The notes under the pieces are model-generated. The model was not told the origin of the DNA. It saw only the letters and a program-made list of their open reading frames with translations, and searched no databases. The position numbers and the translations under genes are program-made. DNA of 22,995 nt, taken from contig NW_021836657.1 in assembly GCF_006345805.1 (NCBI RefSeq), positions 1 to 22,995 on the forward strand, written 5' to 3'. Shown piece by piece: positions 1-8,951 of the stretch. The stretch is from Octopus sinensis. Lineage: Eukaryota. Each line of letters begins with the position of its first letter. Positions within the stretch are counted from its first letter, which is position 1.

Positions 1-2676
1 AGAGAGAGCAAGAGATGCAATAGATAATATTGCTGGAGGTGCAGGTGAAGGAGTGGATGATGGGATAGGGTCGATGGGTGGGTGCTAGTGAGGCGGGTGG
101 TGTGTGGAGAGGTAAGGGCAAGTGCGGCAACGGTGGCGGAGGAGCAGGGGAACGAGCCGGGGGTTGGGAGGTAGGGGTCAGGGAAGGAGCTATGGACCAA
201 AAGGTTCGAAGGTTGTGGGCTCGTTTGAAAAGAGGGGAGGGGTCGGTTAGGGAGAGGTGTGAAGTGGACGGTCGGACTGGAGATGACGGAAAGCTCGAAG
301 AATGGTGCGTTGGAGACGTAGGGTCGTGGGTGGTAAGTGCGGGGAAAAGGGAGGCGGGAGACTACAGGGCGGGTTCGGGGAGAGAGAGGATACACGGTCC
401 ACGGACCGTGCTCTGGCAAGGGCGGTGTGGATAGTGGTTTGAGGGGGTATCCACGTAGGTGAAGTGGTGAGCCATACGTTGAGACTGAGTCTCAAAGTCA
501 TGGTCGTCACTACAGAGCCTACGTAGAGGAGGAATTGGGAATAGGGGATGGAAAGCTTGGTGTGTTCTGGGTGGGAGGAAGAGAAGTTGAGGTATGAGTG
601 TGAGTCTGTGTGTTTGTAGTGAATGGAGGGGTAAGAGAGAGTGAAGAAATGCTAACCGAAATGTCGAGGAAGGAGACAAGGTGTGGGAGATAGTGGAAGT
701 GAAGTGGAGGGCTGGATGGAAAGATTGGACCGAAAAGAGGAAGGAATCTAGATGTTCGCGAGTGAGGGAGAGTGAGGTGGCACCGATAATGTCGTCGATG
801 TAACGACCATATAGTTCGGGAGTGGGGGACCAGTGAAATTAGAGAATATTTGGGCCTCAACATAGCCAACGAACAGGTTCGCATAGTTGGGGCCCATTCG
901 CGTTTCCCATGGCCACTCCCGAGACCTGATGGTAGACTCGCCCGCGAACGAGAAGCAGTTCAGAGTAAGGACAAGTTCGGCCAGACGAATGAGTGTGGAG
1001 GTGTCAGGTACAGGGTTAGAGCGGAGGTCAAGAAAGTGTCGAAGGGCCTGCAGTCCTTCGTGGTGAGGGATAACAGTATAGAGGCTTGGATGTCCATAGT
1101 AAAAAGGATTTTGGAGGAGCCGGGAGGAAAGGAGAAAGAGTTGAAAAGCCGGAGAGCATGGTTGGTATCGTGGATGTGGGAGGGAAGAGATGCCACTAGG
1201 GGGGCAAGGACACGGTCGAGGTTTATTTAGAGATGAGCTCCGTGGGCAGTTACAGGCGGAGACGATGGGGCGGCCAGGGTTGTTGGGTTTGTGGATTTTG
1301 GGGAGGAAAGTAAATGGTGGGGGTACGTGGGGTTCGCACAATTAGGTTGGATGCGGTGCGGGGGAGGAGACGGCGAGGACGAGATGAGGTCGTGGACAGT
1401 AGAGGATACGTCTGTTGGTAGCTACGTGTGGGTTGGGGAAGGCAGAGAGGGAATAGAAGGAGGTGTCATTGAGTTGGCGGAAAGCCTCGGCCCTATAGAG
1501 GTCCGCGCGCCACACCACTACAGCTCCACCCTTGTCAGCCGGTTTGATGATATGTCAGCGCGCCGTTGGAGGGAACGGAGAGCCAAGAGCTCAGCCGGGG
1601 AGATGTTGAGGCGGCGTTGGCGCCTGGAGAAGTTGAACCGCTCCAATGCACGCTGACAAGCGCCCGCCAAAAAGATCCACTGCTAGGATCTGGCCAGGGG
1701 CAGGCGTCCACGGGGATGGTCGGCGGCCCAGGCCAGTGAAGCAGTCCTCTTCGTGGGTGTGGGTGGCGAGTCGTGGTAATGCGCACCCAACCGGACACGG
1801 CGCACAAAGCTGTGGACATCAACTCGCGTCTGGAATTCCTTACAGGATGGAGTGAGGGGGATGAAACGCAGACCCCTACCAAGGACGGAGCGTTCAGCCG
1901 CAGAGAGGGGAAGACCGGGGGGAATGGTAACAACAGACGGAAGTGGGGAAGGGGTGGGTGGATAGAAGTAGGAGGGGAGGGTGGTAGGTCTCGTGGAGGT
2001 CTGAGGGGGAGGGATTGGGGAGGTGTGTGGGGGTGGTTGGGGGGCGGGCAGTAGGGTTAGGTGTAGGTGGATGGAGCCTATCGGGAGGGGAGAAGGGGTT
2101 GTAGGGAGGGGCAGTGGGGTTAGGTGTGGGTGGATGGAGCCTATCGGGAGGGGAGAAGGGTGGTGAGGAGTTGGGGTGGGTAGGGTGTGGGGGTAGTGGC
2201 GTCGGGTAGGGTGGAATGGAAGAGTGATTGGAGTTTACGAAGTTTGGTATCAGAAAGAATTGATGGAAGAGTTGATTCAAATGGATAATGAAGCGTAGCG
2301 TGTTTGGAGCATAGAGAGGCGGCAGAGAGGAGAAGAAGGTGGAGAAAGCAGGAGGAAGAAGGCGGTTGATGGCATGTAGTTTGGAGAGATTGGAGCGAAT
2401 GGTGGCCCGCATAAGGCGGTAAGATGTGGTGCGGAGTATGGGTAAGATGGAAGAATCCGAGTGGAGAGCAGGGTGGGGGAAGTGGAGGCGGAACTTTAGG
2501 GATGAGTCGGTGATGTAGGCAGCGGCTTTAGAAAGAGACATGGCTAGAGAAGCGGGTTTTTTTTTTAAAAGAAGTAGAGAGAGATTAACGGACGGCTGAA
2601 AGCAATACAGGAGAGAACGGAGATGATCCTTCAAACGGTGATGGAGGGTGAGGAGGTAGGACCTAGGATCCGGCAT
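1..2676 (-). pseudogene. Disrupted PLE polyprotein (N-terminal region, reverse transcriptase, start of GIY-YIG endonuclease)
   Basis: Motifs are split over several frames (ORFs 1894-2913, 1535-1933, 748-1341, 960-1196, 519-884, 362-679, 247-510), so there are multiple frameshifts. Confidence 0.9.
2046..2160 (-). repeat. 63-bp (21-codon) tandem duplication in the Pro-rich linker of PLE1
   Basis: gggcagt..ggtggatggagcctatcgggaggggagaaggg starts at 2046 and again at 2109; translates as PFSPPDRLHPPTPNPTA twice. Confidence 0.9.
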
Positions 2677-2989
2677 GATGGGATAGCGGAAAAAAAACGT
2701 TCGAAAAAACAAAAAAAAAACAAAAAAAAAAACAAAAAAAACAAAAAAAATTATCGTATGAAAAAAATAAAAAAAGGGGAAAAAACAAACGTTCAAAAAA
2801 CAAAAAATAATAATCGTATATGAAAAAACTAGATAAGAAGCGGATAGGGGCAGAAAAGGACGGGGCAACGAAAAAGGGAAAGAAAGAAGGGAAGCAGAGA
2901 GAGGGGGAGGCATATATATATATATATATTTTATATCTATATATATATATATATATTATATATATATAGATATATATATATAGGATAGC

Positions 2990-3141
2990 GGTACAACGAT
3001 GCACCAATATTTACTGGAAATAGCAGTCGATAATATACGACGCTATAGTAAAGCTTTCCTGTTATATATATATATATATATATATATCTCTCTCTTTCTC
3101 TCTCTTCTCTCTCCTCTCTCTCTCTCTCTCATATATATATA

Positions 3142-3181
<40 letters not shown>

Positions 3182-3198
3182 TGTACTGGCAAAGATGT
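2990..3198 (+). mobile_element. Hairpin/hammerhead module, copy 1 (5' part only, fold-back partner of copy 2)
   Basis: ggtacaacgatgcaccaatatttactggaaatagcagtcgataatatacgac (2990-3041) is the reverse complement of 3467-3519. After a TA/TC microsatellite, tactggcaaagatgt (3184-3198) matches the reverse complement of 3353-3367 at 13/15 positions. Confidence 0.8.
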
Positions 3199-3365
3199 TT
3201 TGCGGGCGACGAAACAAAAAATTTCATCTTACCTGTAGGAAGAATATTAAATAAACGTACAATCCAGATTTAGATAATCTAGGATTTAGGTTTCGGACTT
3301 ACCAGATTACGTTTGTTAACGTAAATTTAATTAGTTCTCTTCAGCTAGATTCACGTCTTTGCTAG

Positions 3366-3447
<82 letters not shown>

Positions 3448-3525
3448 CAATGATGAAGCGTATGTAGTCGTATATTATCGACTACTATTTCCAGTAAATT
3501 ATTGGTGCATTGTTGTACCTCTGTC
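3199..3525 (-). mobile_element. Hairpin/hammerhead module, copy 2 (PLE pseudo-LTR-like)
   Basis: Minus-strand order: hairpin GTAGTCG/CGACTAC, (TA)n, TACTAGCA, hammerhead motif, TTCTTCCTACAG|GTAAGA. Same orientation as, and upstream of, the PLE1 ORF. Confidence 0.7.
3276..3351 (-). ncRNA. Type I hammerhead ribozyme motif (degenerate helix III)
   Basis: AATCTAG-CTGAAGA-GAACT..(TTACGTT/AACGTAA inner stem)..AGTCC-GAAA-CCTAAA-TC-CTAGATT. Perfect 7-bp helix I, intact CUGANGA and GAAA boxes, UC at the cleavage position; helix III carries GG>AA. Confidence 0.75.
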
Positions 3526-3544
3526 CTATATTTATACTTTGACC

Positions 3545-3825
3545 TCATGGTGCCTTGTTTTACTGGGAAGCAATACTATTGTATTGCACTATTTAATAAT
3601 TTTTTTAATGAAAACTATTTCACTGTCCTCGGTCTATTAACGGCCAAGCGTTCAGACGAGTAATACTGGCATTGATGTAGCGACATTTGAAATTTTGTCT
3701 AGGTGAATATAGCCGAAGAGAAGTGATCAAATTTACGTTAAACATAATTTAGAAAGTTCTAAATCTAGGTCCTAGATTAATCCACATCTGGATAGTACAT
3801 TTATTCAATGTTCTTCCTGCAGGTA

Positions 3826-3828
<3 letters not shown>
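3545..3828 (+). mobile_element. Hairpin/hammerhead module, copy 3 (divergent)
   Basis: TTACTGGGAA, hairpin GCAATAC/GTATTGC (3570-3587), TACTGGCA (3664), hammerhead motif, TTCTTCCTGCAG|GTAAT (3811-3827). 3703-3826 aligns to the reverse complement of 3229-3354. Confidence 0.7.
3706..3778 (+). ncRNA. Type I hammerhead ribozyme motif (degenerate core), inverted partner of 3276-3351
   Basis: AATATAG-CCGAAGA-GAAGT...AGTTC-TAAA-TCTAGG-TC-CTAGATT; retains the GUC triplet and most of the ACCTAGGT palindrome, but has U4C and G12U. Confidence 0.65.
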
Positions 3829-3861
<33 letters not shown>

Positions 3862-3864
<3 letters not shown>

Positions 3865-3974
3865 GCATTCGCTCGCTTAGCCAGGGGGTGGCGTCATTCG
3901 AAGGCTAAAACAATGCGAACGCATTGTGACCAGCGATGTGTAACCACATCTGATGGACTGGTCGGTCACGTGAT
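3862..3974 (+). mobile_element. Short structured repeat, probably a 5'-truncated SINE/LINE 3' end inserted in (TA)n
   Basis: Flanked by (TA)n on both sides; hairpins ACAATGCG-AA-CGCATTGT (3910-3927) and GACCAG.GATGTG-TAAC-CACATC..CTGGTC (3928-3963); ends in cacgtgat. The family assignment is from recall only. Confidence 0.45.
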
Positions 3975-4013
3975 GATGATGGACGTGGATATATATATAT
4001 ATATATATGCATA

Positions 4014-4599
4014 TGGGTACAGGACGTCACCAACAGTAAACAGCATGAAATACGCAAACAACGAGAACAAATGGAAAACAGGACAAGTAACACATCAGTT
4101 GTAGGCTTTCTATCTACTCCTCATCTCAAGTATTGAACGACAATATGGGCCTTCGAAGACAGTTATTCCTATAAATACCAAAATAAAATTTTGGATTTAT
4201 GGAGGACCAAAGCTGGTAACAAAAACAGATATACAAGGAAACCGAAGGAAAACAAACATGGAGGGTCGTTAGACCAGAACGAGGGTAAAGTAGCGAACGC
4301 TGGAGAAATATTTTCTTTGAAAAGAGAAAAGATAGAAGGCATCCAGTCCTTAGGACGTCCTGGAGGAAAAGAAAGATGATCAAGTGAGGAAAAGAACGTT
4401 GGACGATGGTGACGTGTGAGCAACAAGTGAGAGAAAAAGAGAAAGAAGAAGAGAGAGAAAGAAAGAGAGTGAGACAGATAGAAAACGGCAAAGGGGAGTA
4501 AAAGGGAATTAGAGAAGGATGGAGGAGAAAGCACTATAGAACAGAGTCGGATCAAAAAGGTTAAGATAAACTTATCTGGAAATGGATGCGTGGCGTTCA
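4014..4599 (-). mobile_element. Unclassified ~700-bp repeat family A, copy A1 (non-autonomous, PLE-derived?)
   Basis: Homologous to 4712-5135, 17610-18251 and 18353-18450 (shared gtacaggacgtcac end, catcagttgt, aagctggtaacaaaaacag, gctggagaaatattttctttga with A2, tggaaatggatgcgtggcgttca with A3). Strand inferred from splice signals. Confidence 0.75.
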
Positions 4600-4602
4600 G
4601 TT

Positions 4603-4621
4603 AAATAATAATAATAATAAC

Positions 4622-4695
<74 letters not shown>
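4603..4695. repeat. (AAT)n microsatellite linking A1 and A2
   Basis: Direct inspection. Confidence 0.97.
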
Positions 4696-4697
<2 letters not shown>

Positions 4698-4711
4698 TAT
4701 ATATACACACA

Positions 4712-5164
4712 TGGGTACAGGATATCACCAACGGTAGACAACATGAACAACGAAAATAAATGAGTTAAATACGCAAAAAATGAGAAACAAAATATAGAAA
4801 ACATGACAAGTAACACAAAGAACGACCCTTCATCAGTTGTAGGCTGTCTATCTACTCCTCATTTCGAGCATTGAACGACAATATGAGTCTTTGAAGGCAG
4901 TTGCTCAGGCAAAACCAAAATAAAATTTGGGATTTGCGGAGGGCCAAAGTTGGTAACAAGAACAGAACAGTGGAGACATACAAGGAAACCGAACATAAAC
5001 AATTATGGAGGGTCGTTAGACAAGACGAAGCTAAAATAACGAAAGCTGGAGAAATATTTTCTTTGACAAGGGAAAAGAAGATAGAGACGGATAGGATACG
5101 TGCAGTCTCAACGACAGCCCTGAACGAAAAGAAAGATGATACGATTTGTGACGTCCTGTACCCA
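4712..5164 (-). mobile_element. Family A copy A2, tandem with A1, with an inverted terminal piece
   Basis: Starts 698 bp after A1 with tgggtacaggatatcac; ends in gtgacgtcctgtaccca (5148-5164), the reverse complement of the family terminus. Confidence 0.75.
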
Positions 5165-5219
5165 CATATGCATATATATATGAGAGCAGAACGAGGATAA
5201 AATAGCGAACCCATGTATA

Positions 5220-5242
5220 CACACATATAACACACACACACA

Positions 5243-5303
<61 letters not shown>

Positions 5304-5538
5304 ACAAAAAATACGTACAGAAAAATTATATCTTAATTATAGATCTCACTTTATAAATCCCAGTTTCGATATTAACCAATAATGGATTATAAAATGGAAT
5401 CCTTCGGGATGTAAGTACTTGCTTCACATCATTAAGATCTGTATTAAAATGAATATCACTATTACTCTTCTTATCGAAGCAGTATGTATGTATGTATGTA
5501 TGTATGTATGTATGTATGTATGTATATATGTATGTATA
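5220..5538. repeat. (CA)n tract 5220-5292 and (GTAT)n tract 5482-5538
   Basis: Direct inspection. Confidence 0.95.
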
Positions 5539-5591
5539 TTATTACAACACCACCACAACCACCAATATCTCAAACAAGGAATCCCCAAATC

Positions 5592-5648
5592 TGCCGCTAT
5601 TCCCAGCGAGACAGATTGTGTTTGCACAGGGATTGCCCCTTTACCCAT
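5592..5648 (+). pseudogene. LINE ORF1 C-terminal remnant with C-x8-C-x4-C-x3-H zinc finger
   Basis: CRYSQRDRLCLHRDCPFTH in ORF 5484-5771, directly upstream of the APE ORF. Confidence 0.6.
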
Positions 5649-5796
5649 CTCCCGGGGACTCGTCGGACAAATGACATTATAAATAAAAATAAAAGCAAAA
5701 AAACTACGACTCATATAGAAATAACCACTCATATAAAAATACCACAACCACAGTCACCTACAGTTCCCTAGACAGGAAACCTCTTTTTTAGCTATA

Positions 5797-7050
5797 ATGA
5801 ATCTAGCAAAAGAACTGGAAAAAAACATCCGAGCTATCCACCCACCACCATCCACCACTATTACCCCACTGCACATGCCATTAAAAAGCAATCAAATAAC
5901 AAATCACCAAAAACAATTAAAACCATCCACTCTCGCCTCAACATTTTTGCTTAATGCCCAAGGCATCAGCCCTTCCACCAATACACAAAAATGGAAGATA
6001 AGATTCCTGGAGGACTGGGTCGAGGCCCATCCAAACCACATCCCTTTCTTCGTCCTCACTGAAACCCATCTTAGTAACCTTCACTTGGAAGCCGAGGTGA
6101 AAGTTAAAAATTTCAAAGCCATTCGTGCTGATCGTGCTGGCAGAAGAAAGGGTGGGACTGCCATTTGTGTTCATGATTCATTCTCAACAGAAGCTATGAA
6201 CATATTTTCCAATGGATACTGCGAAGTAGTCGCTGTATTCAGTCAAACCAACAACTTAACAGTAGTTGGGCTCTACAGACCACCCCAAACGCCCCTACCA
6301 TGCTTCAAGGAATGCCTCAACAACATAAAGTGTTTCATTCAGCAGTGTCAACCTGAAAACATTTTAATGATGGGAGACTTCAACTTTCCCGGGGTTGACT
6401 GGTCTACAAACAGTCTGCCGCCAGGTTCTTCTCTCTCAACCCCTGACAGGGAGGCAGTGGAATCGCTTCTTGACTTCATGGATGATTTCTTCCTGTCCCA
6501 ACTGGTACTCGAACCAACGAGACGTCATAAAAACGTCTTAGACTTAATTTTCAGCAATCACACTGATACTATCCACAATATTGCAGTGGAGAAAACCCTA
6601 CTCTCTGATCATGACATGGTTCTCTGTGATCTGAGATTTCACTGGCCAAAATGCAAAACAAATGTCATCCCTCCTGTTCATCCATTTGACACTATGGATT
6701 TCCACAATGCAAACTGGGAAGCGATCAATAATGATCTTGCACAAGTCGATTGGTCCTTCACGCACACATACACGCCCACTAACATCAAAAAGTCCTGGCA
6801 GTCATTTGTAGACACCATTACGAACATATGTGCAAAACACACCCCATTAAGATCTGCAAACAAATCTAAGTGTCGAATCCCTAGAAACAGAAAATCTCTC
6901 ATCAGGAAAATTAAAAGAATTAACAAAAAAATCAACAAGCTGAAATACTGTCAACAGCAACACACCAACCTGACTGCCATCTCGTTGCTAGAGATTAAAA
7001 AACATAAACTCCAAAAAAACAACATGATGTCTATCATCAATAGTCAGTGA
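5797..7050 (+). pseudogene. LINE ORF2 N-terminal part: apurinic/apyrimidinic-like (EEP) endonuclease, open for 417 codons then stop
   Basis: APE motifs LNAQG, LTETHL, RADR..GGG, GLYRPP, MGDFN, LDLIF, SDH. Confidence 0.92.
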
Positions 7051-8808
7051 AGAGCTGAAGAGGCCTGGGCCATGAGAGAAGATCAAACTCAATCCCAAAG
7101 TGTCTCTTTCATTTGCAAAAAAAACACAGAGTCCTGGTTCTACTGTTGGCCCTCTGATTGATGAAAATGGTACTCTTCAAGACAATGCCAAAACCATGGG
7201 AGAGATATTGCAGAAACAATATTGCTCTGTTTTCAGCAATCCTGATATGACTGATCTGGGCTGTATCAGTGATGTTACTTCCCAAAACACTTATCGGACA
7301 TAACCTTTGGCGCTCCTGATGTCTTAGCAGCAATAAAGGAAATGAAGCATAATTCAGCAGTAAGTCCGATAGGTCCCTGCTTGTGTCTTGAAGATGTGTC
7401 AAAACCAAATTGCACCCCCTCTAGCCAATCTGTGGCGGAACTCACTGGATGCTGGATATATACCAGAAGACCTTCTATCCAGTCTGTTGTCCCAGTTTTC
7501 AAAAAAGGAAACAAATCGCTTGCCGTGAATTACCGTCCAATCTCACTCACCTCTCATATCATTAGGTATTTGAGAGAGTGCTGAGATCGCGGAGGGACTC
7601 ACTTCCATGAGAGATTGTCATTAATGATGGCTGAGACTGAAGGGTTCCAACACTGATGTCATCTACCTTAATTCAGCAAGGCCTTGACAGGGTTGATCAT
7701 AAGATCCTTCTGAGAAAGCTGTCCAATATTGGTGTCACTGGAAAGCTGCTGCAGTGGATCAAGTGCTTCCTGTCTAACAGAACCCAACATGTTGTAGTCG
7801 GAGTCAAATCCAGCCCAGCCAAAGTCAGCAGTGGTGTCCCACAAGGCACTGTGTTTGGCCCACTTCTCTTCATCATCTACATAAATGATATTACTGACAC
7901 CATCAAACACAGTAACATCAGAACCTTCGCTGATGATTCCAAGCTCCAGAAGGTCATCAATGGCGTGGATGACCGAATAAGCCTTCAGTCAGACCTGCTG
8001 GCAGTTGTCCAATGGGCGGAAAAGAATAACATGTTGCTAAACGAAGACAAATTCGAACTGATCCACTTTGGAAGGGAGGACGCTCTGAAACTCCCATATT
8101 CCCTTCCTTCTGGAGAAATTCTCATGGCATCCAACAACATCAGAGACTTGGGAGTAACAGTGGACAACAACATAAGCTGGGCTACACATATAAGCAGCAA
8201 AGTTAACATGGCCCGCAGAATGTGTTCCTGGATTCTCAGAACCTTCCAGTCGAGAGATTCCCACACTATTATCCTTCTCTTCTCCACTTGTCCGACCCCA
8301 CCTTGAATACTGCTGTCCACTGTGGTCTCCCTACATAAAACAAATATTATGAGAATTGAAGCCCCCAAAGGTCAATCACAAAAAAGATAGATGGCATGTC
8401 AGACCTTGACTACTGGGGTAGACTAGAGAGCTGAAACTGTATTCACTCCAACGACGCCGTGAACGCTACATTATCTGTATGATGTGGAAAATATTCCATC
8501 AGCACTGTTCGAATGATGTTGGCATCACCTTCAAAATACATCCAAGGCTTGGACCACGTGCCATCTGTCCACAACAAAAATCTAAATCGCACCACATAAC
8601 GACAATACGGCACAACTATTTCACCTCAATTGGACCCGCTCTCTTCAACATTACACCAGGACACGTCAAAAAAGAAACTGACCACACAAAATTCAAGAAG
8701 TCTTTGGACAAATTCTTTCAAACAGTCCCGGACAAACTACCCACACCCGGATATGTCTCCGCAAACAATAACTCTCTGCTCGAATGGGCCTTGGTACCCA
8801 AATCCTGA
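7051..8808 (+). pseudogene. LINE ORF2 reverse transcriptase and C-terminal region, frameshifted, with a small deletion near 7590
   Basis: VPVFKKGNKSLAVNYRPISLTS, DRVDHKILL, SGVPQGTVFGPLLFIIYIND, FADD (7926-7937), NKDKFE-like EDKFELIHFG, DLGVTVD, YSLQRRRER, FKKSLDKF; the QHGFR segment is missing. Confidence 0.92.
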
Positions 8809-8892
8809 ATTGAAAGACTTCGCCAGGTGGTGCTATTAAGTTAGACATGGCCTGGGCCAATACTGGCCAAAACCTTTCTAAGTTATTCTAAG

Positions 8893-8917
8893 TTATATAT
8901 ATATATATATATAATAT

Positions 8918-8951
<34 letters not shown>

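Larger units (their letters stand above)
1..2912 (-). mobile_element. Penelope-like retroelement (PLE) copy 1, degenerate; runs off the left edge inside the GIY-YIG domain
   Basis: Minus-strand translation across frameshifts gives the PLE ORF in order: ATG at 2676 (MPDPRS..RLKDHLRSLLYCF), VLGRGLRFIP (~1860-1890), IKPADKGGAVVVW (~1510-1550), FLPKIHKPNNPGRPIVSACNCP, LFTMDI..LYTVIPHHEGL, MGPNYANLFVGYVE, catalytic YIDD at 791-802, thumb HYKHTDSHSYLNFSSSHP, and HSFTCTSSNIIYCISCSL at 1-55. A T-rich (minus strand) leader lies at 2680-2912. Confidence 0.93.
5540..8895 (+). mobile_element. CR1/L2-group non-LTR retrotransposon (LINE), near full-length, disrupted
   Basis: CCCH-type finger remnant, APE endonuclease, RT and C-terminal region in order; 3' hairpin GGCCA-ATAC-TGGCC (8855-8868) and tandem tail TTCTAAGTTA x2 (8876-8895) running into (TA)n. 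Confidence 0.92.

Noticed and set aside
78-2054. Plus-strand Gly/Arg-rich ORFs (78-434, 850-1230, 1291-1656, 1646-1855, 1773-2054)
   Set aside because: Antisense shadows of the C-rich PLE1 coding strand; no recognisable motifs.
3011-3055. GAAA plus hairpin plus UA in module copy 1 as a hammerhead helix III
   Set aside because: No CUGANGA box or helix II upstream in any copy; kept only as a covarying hairpin.
4175-4599. Family A as a spliced-leader RNA gene (short conserved exon, donor, ATTTTGG Sm-like site)
   Set aside because: The Sm-like site is about 390 nt from the donor and lies beyond a matching acceptor; this does not fit compact SL RNA architecture.
4810-4900. Family A CTGATGAAGG and upstream GCTCGAAA as a complete hammerhead (type II order, or across the tandem junction)
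   Set aside because: No consistent helix I or helix III can be drawn, GAAA is not kept in A1 or A3, and no GAAA follows helix II; only a half-motif is supported.
7048-7940. CTGAAGA (~7055) and CTGATGA (~7930) boxes in LINE1
   Set aside because: Coding sequence (the second is the ADD codons); no helix II-GAAA follows.
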